From an uncultured virus (IMG/VR IMGVR_UViG_3300042291_002144) (taxonomy: Duplodnaviria > Heunggongvirae > Uroviricota > Caudoviricetes): a stretch of DNA of 64,000 nucleotides. Below, in pieces: positions 20,601 through 29,980 of this stretch (positions within the stretch are counted from its first letter, which is position 1; each line of letters begins with the position of its first letter). The translations under genes were made by a program, and so were the position numbers. Location of the stretch: the IMG/VR virus record IMGVR_UViG_3300042291_002144; one strand, given 5' to 3'. Below the pieces are notes generated by a model. The model ran no database searches, had not been told where the DNA came from, and saw only the letters and a program-made list of their open reading frames with translations.

Positions 20601-23204
20601 TTTATATAAATCTATTTCTGGGAAATTAGTATATGTGCTTGAATAGAAATCCAAGTCTAAATCTTTAATTGAAAAAAAAGAAAGTAACCCAAATGCTGGT
20701 CTAAATTTAGGTCGCATTAAAAACTCAGTATGAGAAATAGTTGGTGTTTCTGGCTCATCTAGGACAACTGCAATTTTTTCATTATATGAAAAAACGGCTG
20801 GGCTCCTTAAAGCTTTAGTAGATGAATTTTTTTCATTAATTTCATCAATATATTGCGAAATTTTTCTTATTTTGGAATAACTATCTGATGACTTAATTAA
20901 GATAGAATCAAAGTTTTGATTTAATTTATCTAGGTGGCCAGCATCCATAATTAATCGATTAGATGTCTCCTTAGAACCCCCTTTAAAATTAAACTGAGAA
21001 TTAATTAGAGAACTTCCTGAATTTCCATATATTTCAGAAACAGAGTAGTCATTAGTTGGAGAAGTATATGATAGTTTATATGAGGAGTCATATTCTCCTG
21101 GAGTATTTAATTTAATAAATACTCTTTCATCATATGCATATGCAGTAAATGTTCTAGTACGTATTTCATTTATACATGAAGCTAGTGCAGAAGCAACTTG
21201 TGATAAGTAGCCTGAACCATTTATATAGAATTCGTCATATCCTAGTACATTATCATAATCATTATATGCATAATATTGACCAGCTGATGGAATCAATGGA
21301 TATAGTACAGTTGACTGAATCATATCATACTTTCCAATTGAATCTACTCTAGTTCCATGCGGATGATATAATCGAATTTCATCATAGTTATTAAGATTCT
21401 TTTTAATTTCAATAACTGTATGCGAATATCCTGGAACAGAGCTTGCAAAACCAGTATCTTGAAGAAAGATATTTCGACTTTGCCCAAATAGTAAACCTAG
21501 ATCTATTTTAGTGTTAGATAATCTCATTTTACCAGAAGCAAGTTCCTTTTTACATGTTCCAGTAGCGGTAGATACGATTGGTGAATCAGTAACAGAATAT
21601 TCAAATGAATTATCGTCAATTTTAGTTACTAGGAATTCCCCAGAATATTTTGGATCACTAGATGAAATTACTACTAAATCATCTGTAATATACTCATGAG
21701 AGGCTAGAGTAGCACTCACACGGGTACCATTTAAAGTAGAAGTAATTGTCAATATTGCATCATGAAAACCACCATTAATTATAACAGTATCACCACTGCT
21801 GTAATTTGTTCCAGCATTAATAATGGTAAAGGATGCAATTCCGCCAAGACCATTATCTATAGTAGCAACAGTTAATCCTGATCCTGAGCCAGATGTTGCA
21901 ACAGTTGTTGCATTTGATGAAGTTGAATACCCAGTACCAACTGACACTAAGTCAGCAGATGTTACAAATTTAAAATCAATTAGTGTAAGATTAACATTCT
22001 TAGTAACTGAATAGTCAACGTTAAATGGATAATTTATTGAATTACCTACTTTTGGTATATATAAGTTATTATCTTTATCTTGAATATAATTAAGATAAAG
22101 AGAGTCTGAATCTAAAAAAGAATTTGTAAATTCAGATAAGTGAATATTTGAGTTTTTATAAGGAAGTAGTACACCATCATAATTAGTTTGAGACATAACA
22201 ACATCGTCAGTCTCTAGAAACTTCTTTTTAAAATGTGGAGTATTTTCCCAAGATGATCTATTTAAGTATGCATAGTCTAGATCGATATCTAACTTAGTTA
22301 ACTCAATAGCATTTATATAGAATCCAAGATATCTATTAAAATCATATTTTTCTGAAGAATCATCATTAAATATAAATTCAAGATTTAAAATATCTGGAAA
22401 TAATATTCCGTGTCTAGAATAACCATTTGTAATATTTTCTTCAAATGATTTTAAAGGTTGAGAATTAATGTATAGTGAATTTAATAATTCTCCACGATAT
22501 CCTAATTTTCCTTGATTAATTAAAATACCATTCCAATTAGTATAGTCATTTTCACCAAATCCAACAGTTAATGGACTCGATGGAAAATTATTGTCATTTA
22601 CATACTTTCTAATATATGAGCCTACTCGGGTTTCTTCTCTAAGGTCAAATGTTTTTATTATTGAAGCTTTACTAAAAAGGTCAATTAAGTAATCTGTTTT
22701 AGTTTGACTAGAATCATATAATTCTTTTACTTGATCTAGTGGAAAGTTTGCAGGATCATCGATTTTAACAATTATAAAATATGATGGAAGCTCTTTCTTA
22801 AGATATATTGGTGCAAAATAAGACATTCTCTCAAAATACTTATTTGATGCTAAATATTTGGCCCCACTAAAATAATGGGAAAAGTCATATTGATCTTTAA
22901 AATCCTTAGATGTTTTAGTTGAATCAACTTGTTCGTTAATATCAAATATTATCTCATTTGGAGTTTGACCATTATTAAAAAATCTAAAAATATTTGAAGG
23001 ATGCGATTTAGTAGCATCAATTGGGAACTTTGAATATAGATCCTTTGATAATTCCTGATTAGCTTTAATTGATTCTAACCATAATTCATCAGTGTCACTA
23101 ATAGTTATTTTAACATTTCCAGTCAACCTAGGATTAGTCCTAACTAGTTGAAAACTAGAATCCTCAGTTAAAATTTTAGGAGCTGTTATATTAATATTTC
23201 CCAT
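17697..23204 (-). CDS. Very large virion structural (baseplate-like) protein
   Basis: 1835 aa in a late operon; internal G.GY..GD-type beta repeats. Confidence 0.5.
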   Translation of the reverse strand: MGNINITAPKILTEDSSFQLVRTNPRLTGNVKITISDTDELWLESIKANQELSKDLYSKFPIDATKSHPSNIFRFFNNGQTPNEIIFDINEQVDSTKTSKDFKDQYDFSHYFSGAKYLASNKYFERMSYFAPIYLKKELPSYFIIVKIDDPANFPLDQVKELYDSSQTKTDYLIDLFSKASIIKTFDLREETRVGSYIRKYVNDNNFPSSPLTVGFGENDYTNWNGILINQGKLGYRGELLNSLYINSQPLKSFEENITNGYSRHGILFPDILNLEFIFNDDSSEKYDFNRYLGFYINAIELTKLDIDLDYAYLNRSSWENTPHFKKKFLETDDVVMSQTNYDGVLLPYKNSNIHLSEFTNSFLDSDSLYLNYIQDKDNNLYIPKVGNSINYPFNVDYSVTKNVNLTLIDFKFVTSADLVSVGTGYSTSSNATTVATSGSGSGLTVATIDNGLGGIASFTIINAGTNYSSGDTVIINGGFHDAILTITSTLNGTRVSATLASHEYITDDLVVISSSDPKYSGEFLVTKIDDNSFEYSVTDSPIVSTATGTCKKELASGKMRLSNTKIDLGLLFGQSRNIFLQDTGFASSVPGYSHTVIEIKKNLNNYDEIRLYHPHGTRVDSIGKYDMIQSTVLYPLIPSAGQYYAYNDYDNVLGYDEFYINGSGYLSQVASALASCINEIRTRTFTAYAYDERVFIKLNTPGEYDSSYKLSYTSPTNDYSVSEIYGNSGSSLINSQFNFKGGSKETSNRLIMDAGHLDKLNQNFDSILIKSSDSYSKIRKISQYIDEINEKNSSTKALRSPAVFSYNEKIAVVLDEPETPTISHTEFLMRPKFRPAFGLLSFFSIKDLDLDFYSSTYTNFPEIDLYKYYFIPADIKLLEPNINYIVYNGDIILNDGSATGILYSSGTQFIPLGPAPLSYSIVSGNPLVTFNPSSSNLTIPLNDGNGEVNDFTGFSLLKDPSKVISQNSIDVQEYSTRTKYLNGVTPSEYDFYKENESLDFALRSKMIPYITKWGIKNGTDSRSNPYRLNTELIFGRNNFSPDHVDSSQNPLNFTHEWFYIESSFNYMNDDITVAKNNYYFETPFDYTGQLLTDPDYFLNYFTYTPTNEQSKEVADTQFRYSSLIKNSAGQYEAFFKGFKITFKDVTDPTVNGPDGKPLAKTETNRFDGYKFSCILKPVKEEINNKKQAPITYKVIEHTQFKFIVVVIEVAIGYLDQIDPVWYDLSTGNDLLDTANFNDPLFIPTDPTKTYAFETINGEYRINFNTAGVSNMTHSLLYSLKNKKYNNLSNAFSNIRLASKLNIAAFPTGNTVRRLNNIDILQYPSILSDDFVNPTQDTVIFINDTITGSNLFLGSKTSTGPVGPGAVAPYKLINIFDRVFDNYIHYDNSLYTPCLIAPSYPVLTAGVIPYGSEAAIDNYYVFKVMNGGEKYFERLLEKLSFAKFKKYVNEQRSTTFHKVIEYYSYSDSSGIPVSNPNFYLEILDQSNIEKQNQIITNYTSSVPTQFSGQTEIGTEYEVAELPRKYELNRYRGEYEPIVQNQLIYQSNFKFTKNNISDISLSNIKINSNVASNMVIPNFNHIKVSDSKVLDLESDDSYLPIYPKIDEVAIGQGEYFLLRGNWDWGFHYKYSSKSQKVPVSGALRVEEDDSFLAKLINLPEFIELDQFNQTFISSNDDLDKIDISDKELIIKDTPDSLTGIINLNNVLARFLIEDGITAKFNQYLINSNEFIGNFNSIEDYVKQYIKLNILKLYDVDINEFYSKPSAALSSTNTRSSANPNGISFRFLTDRERFTQGYTILKSLQINKKDRLVLKFSFTKKPGSGLLVSPKIKIKFI

Positions 23205-23222
23205 TTAGAGTATTTTTCATTT

Positions 23223-26200
23223 TTAATAATTGTTACTTTTAAGTTTTCCTTTACTTTGAATTAAAGGAGCATCAAGACTAGTCTCTTTGATGTATTGTGA
23301 ACTTACTTGTAAATCAAAGGAAAATGGAGAATCATCTTTTAGGATAATATCTATTCCAAGTTTCTTAGAATATTTTATATTAGTAAGAGTACCACCGGTT
23401 CTATATCCACCAATATATCCTAATTTATCTGATGCTCTAAATTGAAATAATACTGGAATATTTATTGCATTCTCAGGTCCAAACTTAACCGACTTAGCCG
23501 ATCGTGCTGGAAAATTACCCTCAACTGAAATAGATTCATAATTAGTCGGGTACAAATATAAGTATGATCCGCAAGTATATTTACCAATTAAATATTCATC
23601 ATTTTTAACAAATCCTAATTTAATTGGATAGTGGCTATCATTCCTATTAATATTAGGAACACCGATTGGATTAACTGGTGTAACCCTAGACGCTTGTTTA
23701 TAATATTGAACTTCAAAAACATCTTTTACATCAGTAACAGAAGTTTCAAAATGTCTTGCATGTGAAAATGGAAGATATTTTTGAGAAGTAGTATCTAAAA
23801 CTGGGGAATTTGCAAATTCAGGTCTAAACACTTTATCAATATTCGCAACTGAAAAACCTGAATTACACAATATTGGTAATTCTGGGTGATCTTTACTTAT
23901 ACAGAATTCTGTCAAGTAACCACCTCCTCCAGGTACACCCAAAAGATTAGTTGAGCCATTCCATACTCTTGTATCAATTGAAGATAGAGGTACTGCAAAA
24001 CTTGGGTCAAATGGTAAATAGTGTCCCCAGTTAGTTGGAGTATTTAGAGTAGTACCAACGGTTTGACCAGTGTATGAATAGGTAGTAACAAAGTTTGCAC
24101 TATATCCTGTCATAGGATTAGTAGGCTCTATAATTTCCTCAGAAAGACCATAGTCTCTTACTCTAGAATAAATAAATTGACTTTTAACTTGACTTGATTG
24201 ATTATTTGAAATTTGTTTAAAATTGTTTATTAAAGGTACTGGATTTGAATTTACTCCAATTGGAACAATATCGTATCTGCGATTTCTATGATAATCTGAT
24301 CCAGGAATATATGGAAGACTATTATCTGCATTTTCATTAATTCCTCCAAACAATAATGAAACTAGTTCAAGATTAGTAGCAGATGTATTTTGAATAGAAA
24401 TTGCATATTGTTTAGTAATAATTGATCCCTCTTTATATACAACGGTTCCACCAGTAGTGTCTTTAATTAAATCTTTATAGTATCCAGCAAACAATTGAAT
24501 AGTATCTCCATTAGAAACATCTAATGAATTACCATCAGAATCAATAACACTTACTTTTATTGCACCCTTATCTAAATTAATAGATTGTTGAATTCCATCA
24601 AGAGTAGATTGAAGAGTTTTTAATTTTTGATATAAATCAATAACATTACCTTCATTTGTGAAAAATCCACTTGAAATATCTTCAGCAAGGTGTGCATAGA
24701 ATTTATCTCCAGAAGTAAACTGATTAGCTAGGTGACTATCTAATCCTTTTGCATTTAAGCTATTCTCAAAATCTAATTTTGTTTTTTCAGCAAAAGTTCT
24801 TTGAGAAGTAATTACGCTTTCCTCTTGTGATTGAATACTTTCTGGGAAAGTTATCTGTACTGCATTCGACCATACTGATTCTACTGGATTGGTTGGCCAA
24901 CCAGCTTCAGAAAGAGACTTTACTTGTATTTCAACAATTTCTCCTTTACGAATTGATACATTTAATTGATTTGTATTAACTGAATCAGAATCAGTTAATA
25001 CTTCTTCTGCCCAATCATATAAACCAGTATTTGCATTTAATGTTTTAATTCTAGGTTTAGTTAATACTTCTGTCCATGGAGAAAAGGTTGCTTGCTTAAG
25101 TGATCCATCAGTATCAGTAAAAGTCTGCTGCTGAGCATTTTGTTGAGTTCCAGTTAAACTTAAATATCGATATCTATATTTGAATTGAGCAACATTTTGA
25201 GCACCATATTTACTAGATTTAGGAGTAGGTATTTGCCAAAATCCACGAACTTCATATTTACGTTGTGTTACAAATTGAGGAGTTGTAGAAAGTTGAGTAG
25301 TTATATTAGTTACAATTGAAGAAAGAGAGGCAGTCCTTTCATTTCTATAATTTAAAGATTCAGTTAATTGTTTTTGTAAACGTCTAGCCTCTTTTGGAGT
25401 TTTAGAAATAGTTGTAATATTTGATTTAATTGAATCAATCTTTTTATTAAGTTCATCTATTTCTTGCTGAACTGCTGCTTTCTCTTTAACATTATTATTA
25501 AGATCCCTTACATTCTTATCATCTTGTATATGTTGATCAACTTGAACTACTTTAAAGTCAGCTTCAATAAGAGCTGGAGCATCAGGCATAATTCCTAAGA
25601 TTGCAGGTTGAGTTTTTTCTTTTGCTAAATTCAATAGAATTAATCCAAAATCTGAAACAAAGTTATTATAGTAATCAGCAAGAGTAGTAGTAGAATTATC
25701 CTGTAATGGAATAGTCAACTCATTAGTATATAGTGCAACGCCTTTAGAAAAATCATTAATTGTTAAGTTTTTAGCTCTACTTACTGGTTTAATAAATAAT
25801 ACTTGATACTCATTAAATCCAACATTTATTGAAAGTTCAGGTCGACGATACGGGGAAGGTTTAATTTTTAAAACATTTGCGCCAATCGTAAGCGGATCAG
25901 TTCCAAATATTCTTTCTAATACAACTTCAGTATCAGTAGTATTAATTGAAGCAACTCTATATTCGGTATCATTTGCAGTTATTAAGGTATCTCCAGCTGA
26001 AATAGTTTTGCTATTTTTTACATTAGAAATAACATCAGTATACGTAAGTGAACTTAATTTATATCTTCTTCTTAGAATAGAAACAGTAGATCCACTAGTT
26101 AAAGTTTGATTTCCTTCTTCCTCTAATATTTTAATTATATCAAATGATCCTTGATATCTATTTACGGCAACTTCTAAATCAACTTGATTATCATCTTCAA

Positions 26201-26798
26201 AGAAATCGATTCCATTATCATTTAATTCTTGCTTAAGAGTAGCTAATGAAACATCTGTTCTGCCAATATAATTAGCATTAAAGAAAGTAACGACATCGTC
26301 ATTATTTGCAGAGTTAATAATTATTCTTTTTACAATGAATTGATCAATATCATCAGTTAACACAGAAGATATATCTAAACTCACATATAATAGTGGATTT
26401 AAAAAAGATTCAAAAAACCAATTGTTTCTTACTTTAAATGAACTCGGTAAATCAAAACTTGCTGTTTTAATTTTTTCTAAATCAGATACTAATTCCGATG
26501 TTTTCTTTAATTCAAATTTTCTTATTTCTCCAGTTGAAGATTTAATTCCAATAACATCATTATTTGCTGAAACTAGTGTATCAAATTTAGTGTTGATATC
26601 TTCAATTTTACCTTTAAGATAGCCAAATGAAGGAACATTAAGAGTTGAGGTAGACCCATCAACTTTGCTTTGAGAAATAGTAACATTTTCAGAAGTAGAT
26701 TCTAACATGTTCTGTAAATTGAACACAAATTGATTCATGTTGTCAATATCGACAACTAATCTCTTTAAAACGTCAGCTAATGTATTTTTTGTTTCCAT
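23223..26798 (-). CDS. Large virion structural protein with coiled coil
   Basis: 1191 aa in the late structural operon; heptad segments. Confidence 0.5.
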   Translation of the reverse strand: METKNTLADVLKRLVVDIDNMNQFVFNLQNMLESTSENVTISQSKVDGSTSTLNVPSFGYLKGKIEDINTKFDTLVSANNDVIGIKSSTGEIRKFELKKTSELVSDLEKIKTASFDLPSSFKVRNNWFFESFLNPLLYVSLDISSVLTDDIDQFIVKRIIINSANNDDVVTFFNANYIGRTDVSLATLKQELNDNGIDFFEDDNQVDLEVAVNRYQGSFDIIKILEEEGNQTLTSGSTVSILRRRYKLSSLTYTDVISNVKNSKTISAGDTLITANDTEYRVASINTTDTEVVLERIFGTDPLTIGANVLKIKPSPYRRPELSINVGFNEYQVLFIKPVSRAKNLTINDFSKGVALYTNELTIPLQDNSTTTLADYYNNFVSDFGLILLNLAKEKTQPAILGIMPDAPALIEADFKVVQVDQHIQDDKNVRDLNNNVKEKAAVQQEIDELNKKIDSIKSNITTISKTPKEARRLQKQLTESLNYRNERTASLSSIVTNITTQLSTTPQFVTQRKYEVRGFWQIPTPKSSKYGAQNVAQFKYRYRYLSLTGTQQNAQQQTFTDTDGSLKQATFSPWTEVLTKPRIKTLNANTGLYDWAEEVLTDSDSVNTNQLNVSIRKGEIVEIQVKSLSEAGWPTNPVESVWSNAVQITFPESIQSQEESVITSQRTFAEKTKLDFENSLNAKGLDSHLANQFTSGDKFYAHLAEDISSGFFTNEGNVIDLYQKLKTLQSTLDGIQQSINLDKGAIKVSVIDSDGNSLDVSNGDTIQLFAGYYKDLIKDTTGGTVVYKEGSIITKQYAISIQNTSATNLELVSLLFGGINENADNSLPYIPGSDYHRNRRYDIVPIGVNSNPVPLINNFKQISNNQSSQVKSQFIYSRVRDYGLSEEIIEPTNPMTGYSANFVTTYSYTGQTVGTTLNTPTNWGHYLPFDPSFAVPLSSIDTRVWNGSTNLLGVPGGGGYLTEFCISKDHPELPILCNSGFSVANIDKVFRPEFANSPVLDTTSQKYLPFSHARHFETSVTDVKDVFEVQYYKQASRVTPVNPIGVPNINRNDSHYPIKLGFVKNDEYLIGKYTCGSYLYLYPTNYESISVEGNFPARSAKSVKFGPENAINIPVLFQFRASDKLGYIGGYRTGGTLTNIKYSKKLGIDIILKDDSPFSFDLQVSSQYIKETSLDAPLIQSKGKLKSNNY

Positions 26799-26801
26799 GT
26801 A

Positions 26802-28979
26802 TTATCTTATTTTATCTACTTTAAAAGTAAGGGTAGTATCATCTAAGCAAATAATTTCAAAAATAGGTTTATTTGTAAAAGAATTTGCATTTATATGTTG
26901 ATTAAGTGTATTAATTACTGGATCAGGATTACTTGGTAATTCTGGATTAAATTCAGTATCACTTAAAGTAGTTATTAATTTTCCATAGGTTCCAGTATTA
27001 ATTTTATTTAGGGCATCAGTGTAGATATCTAAATTAAATGTTCCTGGATTAAATTCATCATCGAATACTAATCGAACTACTTGACCTTTACTCCATGAAA
27101 TTAGTGAATCATCTATTTTAATAGTATGATCATTTAATAATAGAATAGGAACACTTGAATTTTGGTGAGCAAAATAATTAGTGAATGTACCTAATACTAG
27201 AATTGGTGAAGTAAATATGTTTGTAATTGACCCATTTGAAATATTATATGCCTGATCAGTATTATTAATTTTAACGATATTTGGAGTTCTACGATCTATG
27301 CTTATTCCATTTCCAGGTCTAACTGCGTCAATATTATAGGCAACTGTAATATTTGACTCGCCAGAGATAATCGAATTAATTTTAGAATTCGTATTATCAA
27401 TCATATTTATTAAATTAGAGGTATTATCGAATATTGCCTGGTTTGCAATAAGTGATGTTTCAAGATTAGAAACTCTAACAATAATTTCAGCAGTATCTGT
27501 TGAATTTAGTAATAAATCTTTAATATTTACAACTTGTTGTTGTAATGAATCAAGCTCTAATATTTTATTACTGTATGTTGTTTGAAGTTGAGTAAATTTA
27601 GTTAGGACGTCTGTAAATAAATCTAGTGAGAATGTAGAATAATCGTTAATTGACTTTTCTACTTTAGTCTCCTCAATTGAAGTATCTAATTTTAAATTCA
27701 TTTTAAATGAAAATGAAGTACCATTAGTTTTATTTAAAGGATCTGGTCTATACTTAGTAATTGGTGGTATTGCAAACTCTAAGCCGCTTTGTTTAATTTC
27801 ATCTAAAAATAAAATACCATATAGATTAGTTTCAAAGTCAGTAGGATTCCCGTTTCTATCTAATGTATTTGGGTCGTATGTATCATAGTAAACTAAGATT
27901 GCATTAAATTCAAAATTTCTATTTGCAACATAGTCATTGAATTGAGCAAAAACTTTTATTTCTGGATTTTCACTAGCTAGTTTATAATTAGCTAAATCAA
28001 AATCTAATGAAATACCATCAAGAGTATTACGTTGATATTCAATAACCGTAGACCCTTGTGTCTTTCTAATAAATTGATCTTGTGCAACATTATATGCACC
28101 TGAAATATTATCAGTATAGTATGCATTATTAATAGTTGAATTAAACCAATTTCCAGGAGAATATGAACCGGCTAAGGTATTTTTAATTTCAGCAGTAACA
28201 CTAGCATCATCTAAATCATAAAATGCTTTTAGAGAAAGACCAAATGGATGAGTTTCAGTGTAGTGTCTACCAGAAAGGTATTCGATATCTAATGGATTCG
28301 CTAAAGTATTAGCAATAGTTCGTCCTGGACCATAGTTAAAATCACTAACTGATTTAAATAGTACATGCGGAGTAGTCCCAACATTTGTAGGTATATGAAT
28401 ATAAACTTCAGTATACGAATTTTCACTAGAGGATAAGGTATTGACTACATCAATATCTCCAATATATTTAACTACTTTATTATAAGTTGAATTAGTTTCA
28501 GGTTTTTCAACAAATCGATATTCAGTATGATTAACTGGATCAATTTGAAGATTTGCTGCATTTTTTTCAATTGCGTTTGCATCTTGGAATCGAATTGCAC
28601 CAAGCTCTTTTACCCATTTCCAAAAAACACGTTCAGCAACTGTTAATTTTTCATTCTTTTTATAACTTGGTTTAGAAAGAAGTAGTGCCTCAAGATTAAG
28701 CGCGTAATTTTGAAAACTTTCAGCTAAATTTACATTATTATCAGGATTTAATCCCTCAATTATAGGGGATTCGCCAGCTGCTGCAAATTGAACTTTATTA
28801 TCAGTTACAAGACTATCAGGTGTCCCTATTTCTGGTAACCTAAGTAATGCAAATTTTGAAAAACGAACAGCATTTTCACTATTCGTTAATGTTATATTTA
28901 TGTCTTCCAGAGCACTTTGAAAGTTATAAAATATTCCTTTCTTATCTTGAACTGGCTTAATTAACGGAGTTACTGCCAT
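26802..28979 (-). CDS. Virion structural protein
   Basis: 725 aa in the operon; central coiled coil. Confidence 0.5.
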   Translation of the reverse strand: MAVTPLIKPVQDKKGIFYNFQSALEDINITLTNSENAVRFSKFALLRLPEIGTPDSLVTDNKVQFAAAGESPIIEGLNPDNNVNLAESFQNYALNLEALLLSKPSYKKNEKLTVAERVFWKWVKELGAIRFQDANAIEKNAANLQIDPVNHTEYRFVEKPETNSTYNKVVKYIGDIDVVNTLSSSENSYTEVYIHIPTNVGTTPHVLFKSVSDFNYGPGRTIANTLANPLDIEYLSGRHYTETHPFGLSLKAFYDLDDASVTAEIKNTLAGSYSPGNWFNSTINNAYYTDNISGAYNVAQDQFIRKTQGSTVIEYQRNTLDGISLDFDLANYKLASENPEIKVFAQFNDYVANRNFEFNAILVYYDTYDPNTLDRNGNPTDFETNLYGILFLDEIKQSGLEFAIPPITKYRPDPLNKTNGTSFSFKMNLKLDTSIEETKVEKSINDYSTFSLDLFTDVLTKFTQLQTTYSNKILELDSLQQQVVNIKDLLLNSTDTAEIIVRVSNLETSLIANQAIFDNTSNLINMIDNTNSKINSIISGESNITVAYNIDAVRPGNGISIDRRTPNIVKINNTDQAYNISNGSITNIFTSPILVLGTFTNYFAHQNSSVPILLLNDHTIKIDDSLISWSKGQVVRLVFDDEFNPGTFNLDIYTDALNKINTGTYGKLITTLSDTEFNPELPSNPDPVINTLNQHINANSFTNKPIFEIICLDDTTLTFKVDKIR

Positions 28980-28996
28980 TTATTTTTATCTTTTTT

Positions 28997-29950
28997 TTAG
29001 AATAGACTTGCTCCAACTAGTGATTTTGCAATAAGTCTATCACTTGATGTTGAATCTATGATATACACAAATGAAACGTTTGTTCCATATTTTTTGAATG
29101 TATTTGATAGAGGCATACCGATCTTACTTGTATTATCATGTAGGATAATTGGAGAGGTAGTATTATTATTAGTACCCGCTTTAATATAAAATGGGCAATT
29201 CTTTAATTGTACAGCAGTTATAATAGATCCAGATAAAGAAGATTCAACTACATCTACTATATGTATTGTAAAAACTGTATTTTGAGCAGGTGGACTAACT
29301 GAATCGAAATTAATAATAATATTTAAATCATTAATTGAGCTTAAAATTGAGGCTGATCCTGAATCGTATACTTGATCAGCACCAGAAATAGCTGCTTTTA
29401 ATGTAATAAATATATTTTGTCTAGATGTACTAGACAAAGTAAGAATTGCGTTTGCTGATGTAGCTCCAACATTTGCTTTAAGATCAACAATTACTGTCTC
29501 TTTAGATTCGCAAAAACTATTATTAACTGTTACATTTGCACCAAATATAGATGGAGATGAAATTGTTGTACTTCCTCCAGAATTTATAGTTAATGAATTT
29601 AATGTAATTGCATTAAATTGAGCAGAAACGTTTGATATAATTTTATCAACGGTTAATACTGAATTATTTGATCCATCTTTTGCTAAACTTGCTTTTACTA
29701 CTGGTGTAGGTAATCCAACTTGAAAAATGAATCCTTGATCTTGAAGAACTACTGAATTTGCTTTCACATAGTTAATAGGATTACTAGTACCAATAGATAA
29801 ACCGGCAGTATCGATCTCAAGATTGTTAATTAGATCTTCTACTTTTGCTTGTAAAAGTAGAGTATTTGAATTTGTTATAGTTGCAATATCTGTAACAAAA
29901 TTAGTTAATAATAGCTCCTGAATCGGTAGTGCGATTGGTGTAAATGCCAT
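28997..29950 (-). CDS. Virion structural protein
   Basis: Ser/Thr/Ile-rich; late motif at 29969-29978. Confidence 0.5.
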   Translation of the reverse strand: MAFTPIALPIQELLLTNFVTDIATITNSNTLLLQAKVEDLINNLEIDTAGLSIGTSNPINYVKANSVVLQDQGFIFQVGLPTPVVKASLAKDGSNNSVLTVDKIISNVSAQFNAITLNSLTINSGGSTTISSPSIFGANVTVNNSFCESKETVIVDLKANVGATSANAILTLSSTSRQNIFITLKAAISGADQVYDSGSASILSSINDLNIIINFDSVSPPAQNTVFTIHIVDVVESSLSGSIITAVQLKNCPFYIKAGTNNNTTSPIILHDNTSKIGMPLSNTFKKYGTNVSFVYIIDSTSSDRLIAKSLVGASLF

Positions 29951-29980
29951 GTCAATTAATTATTTTTAGTTATTTATTAT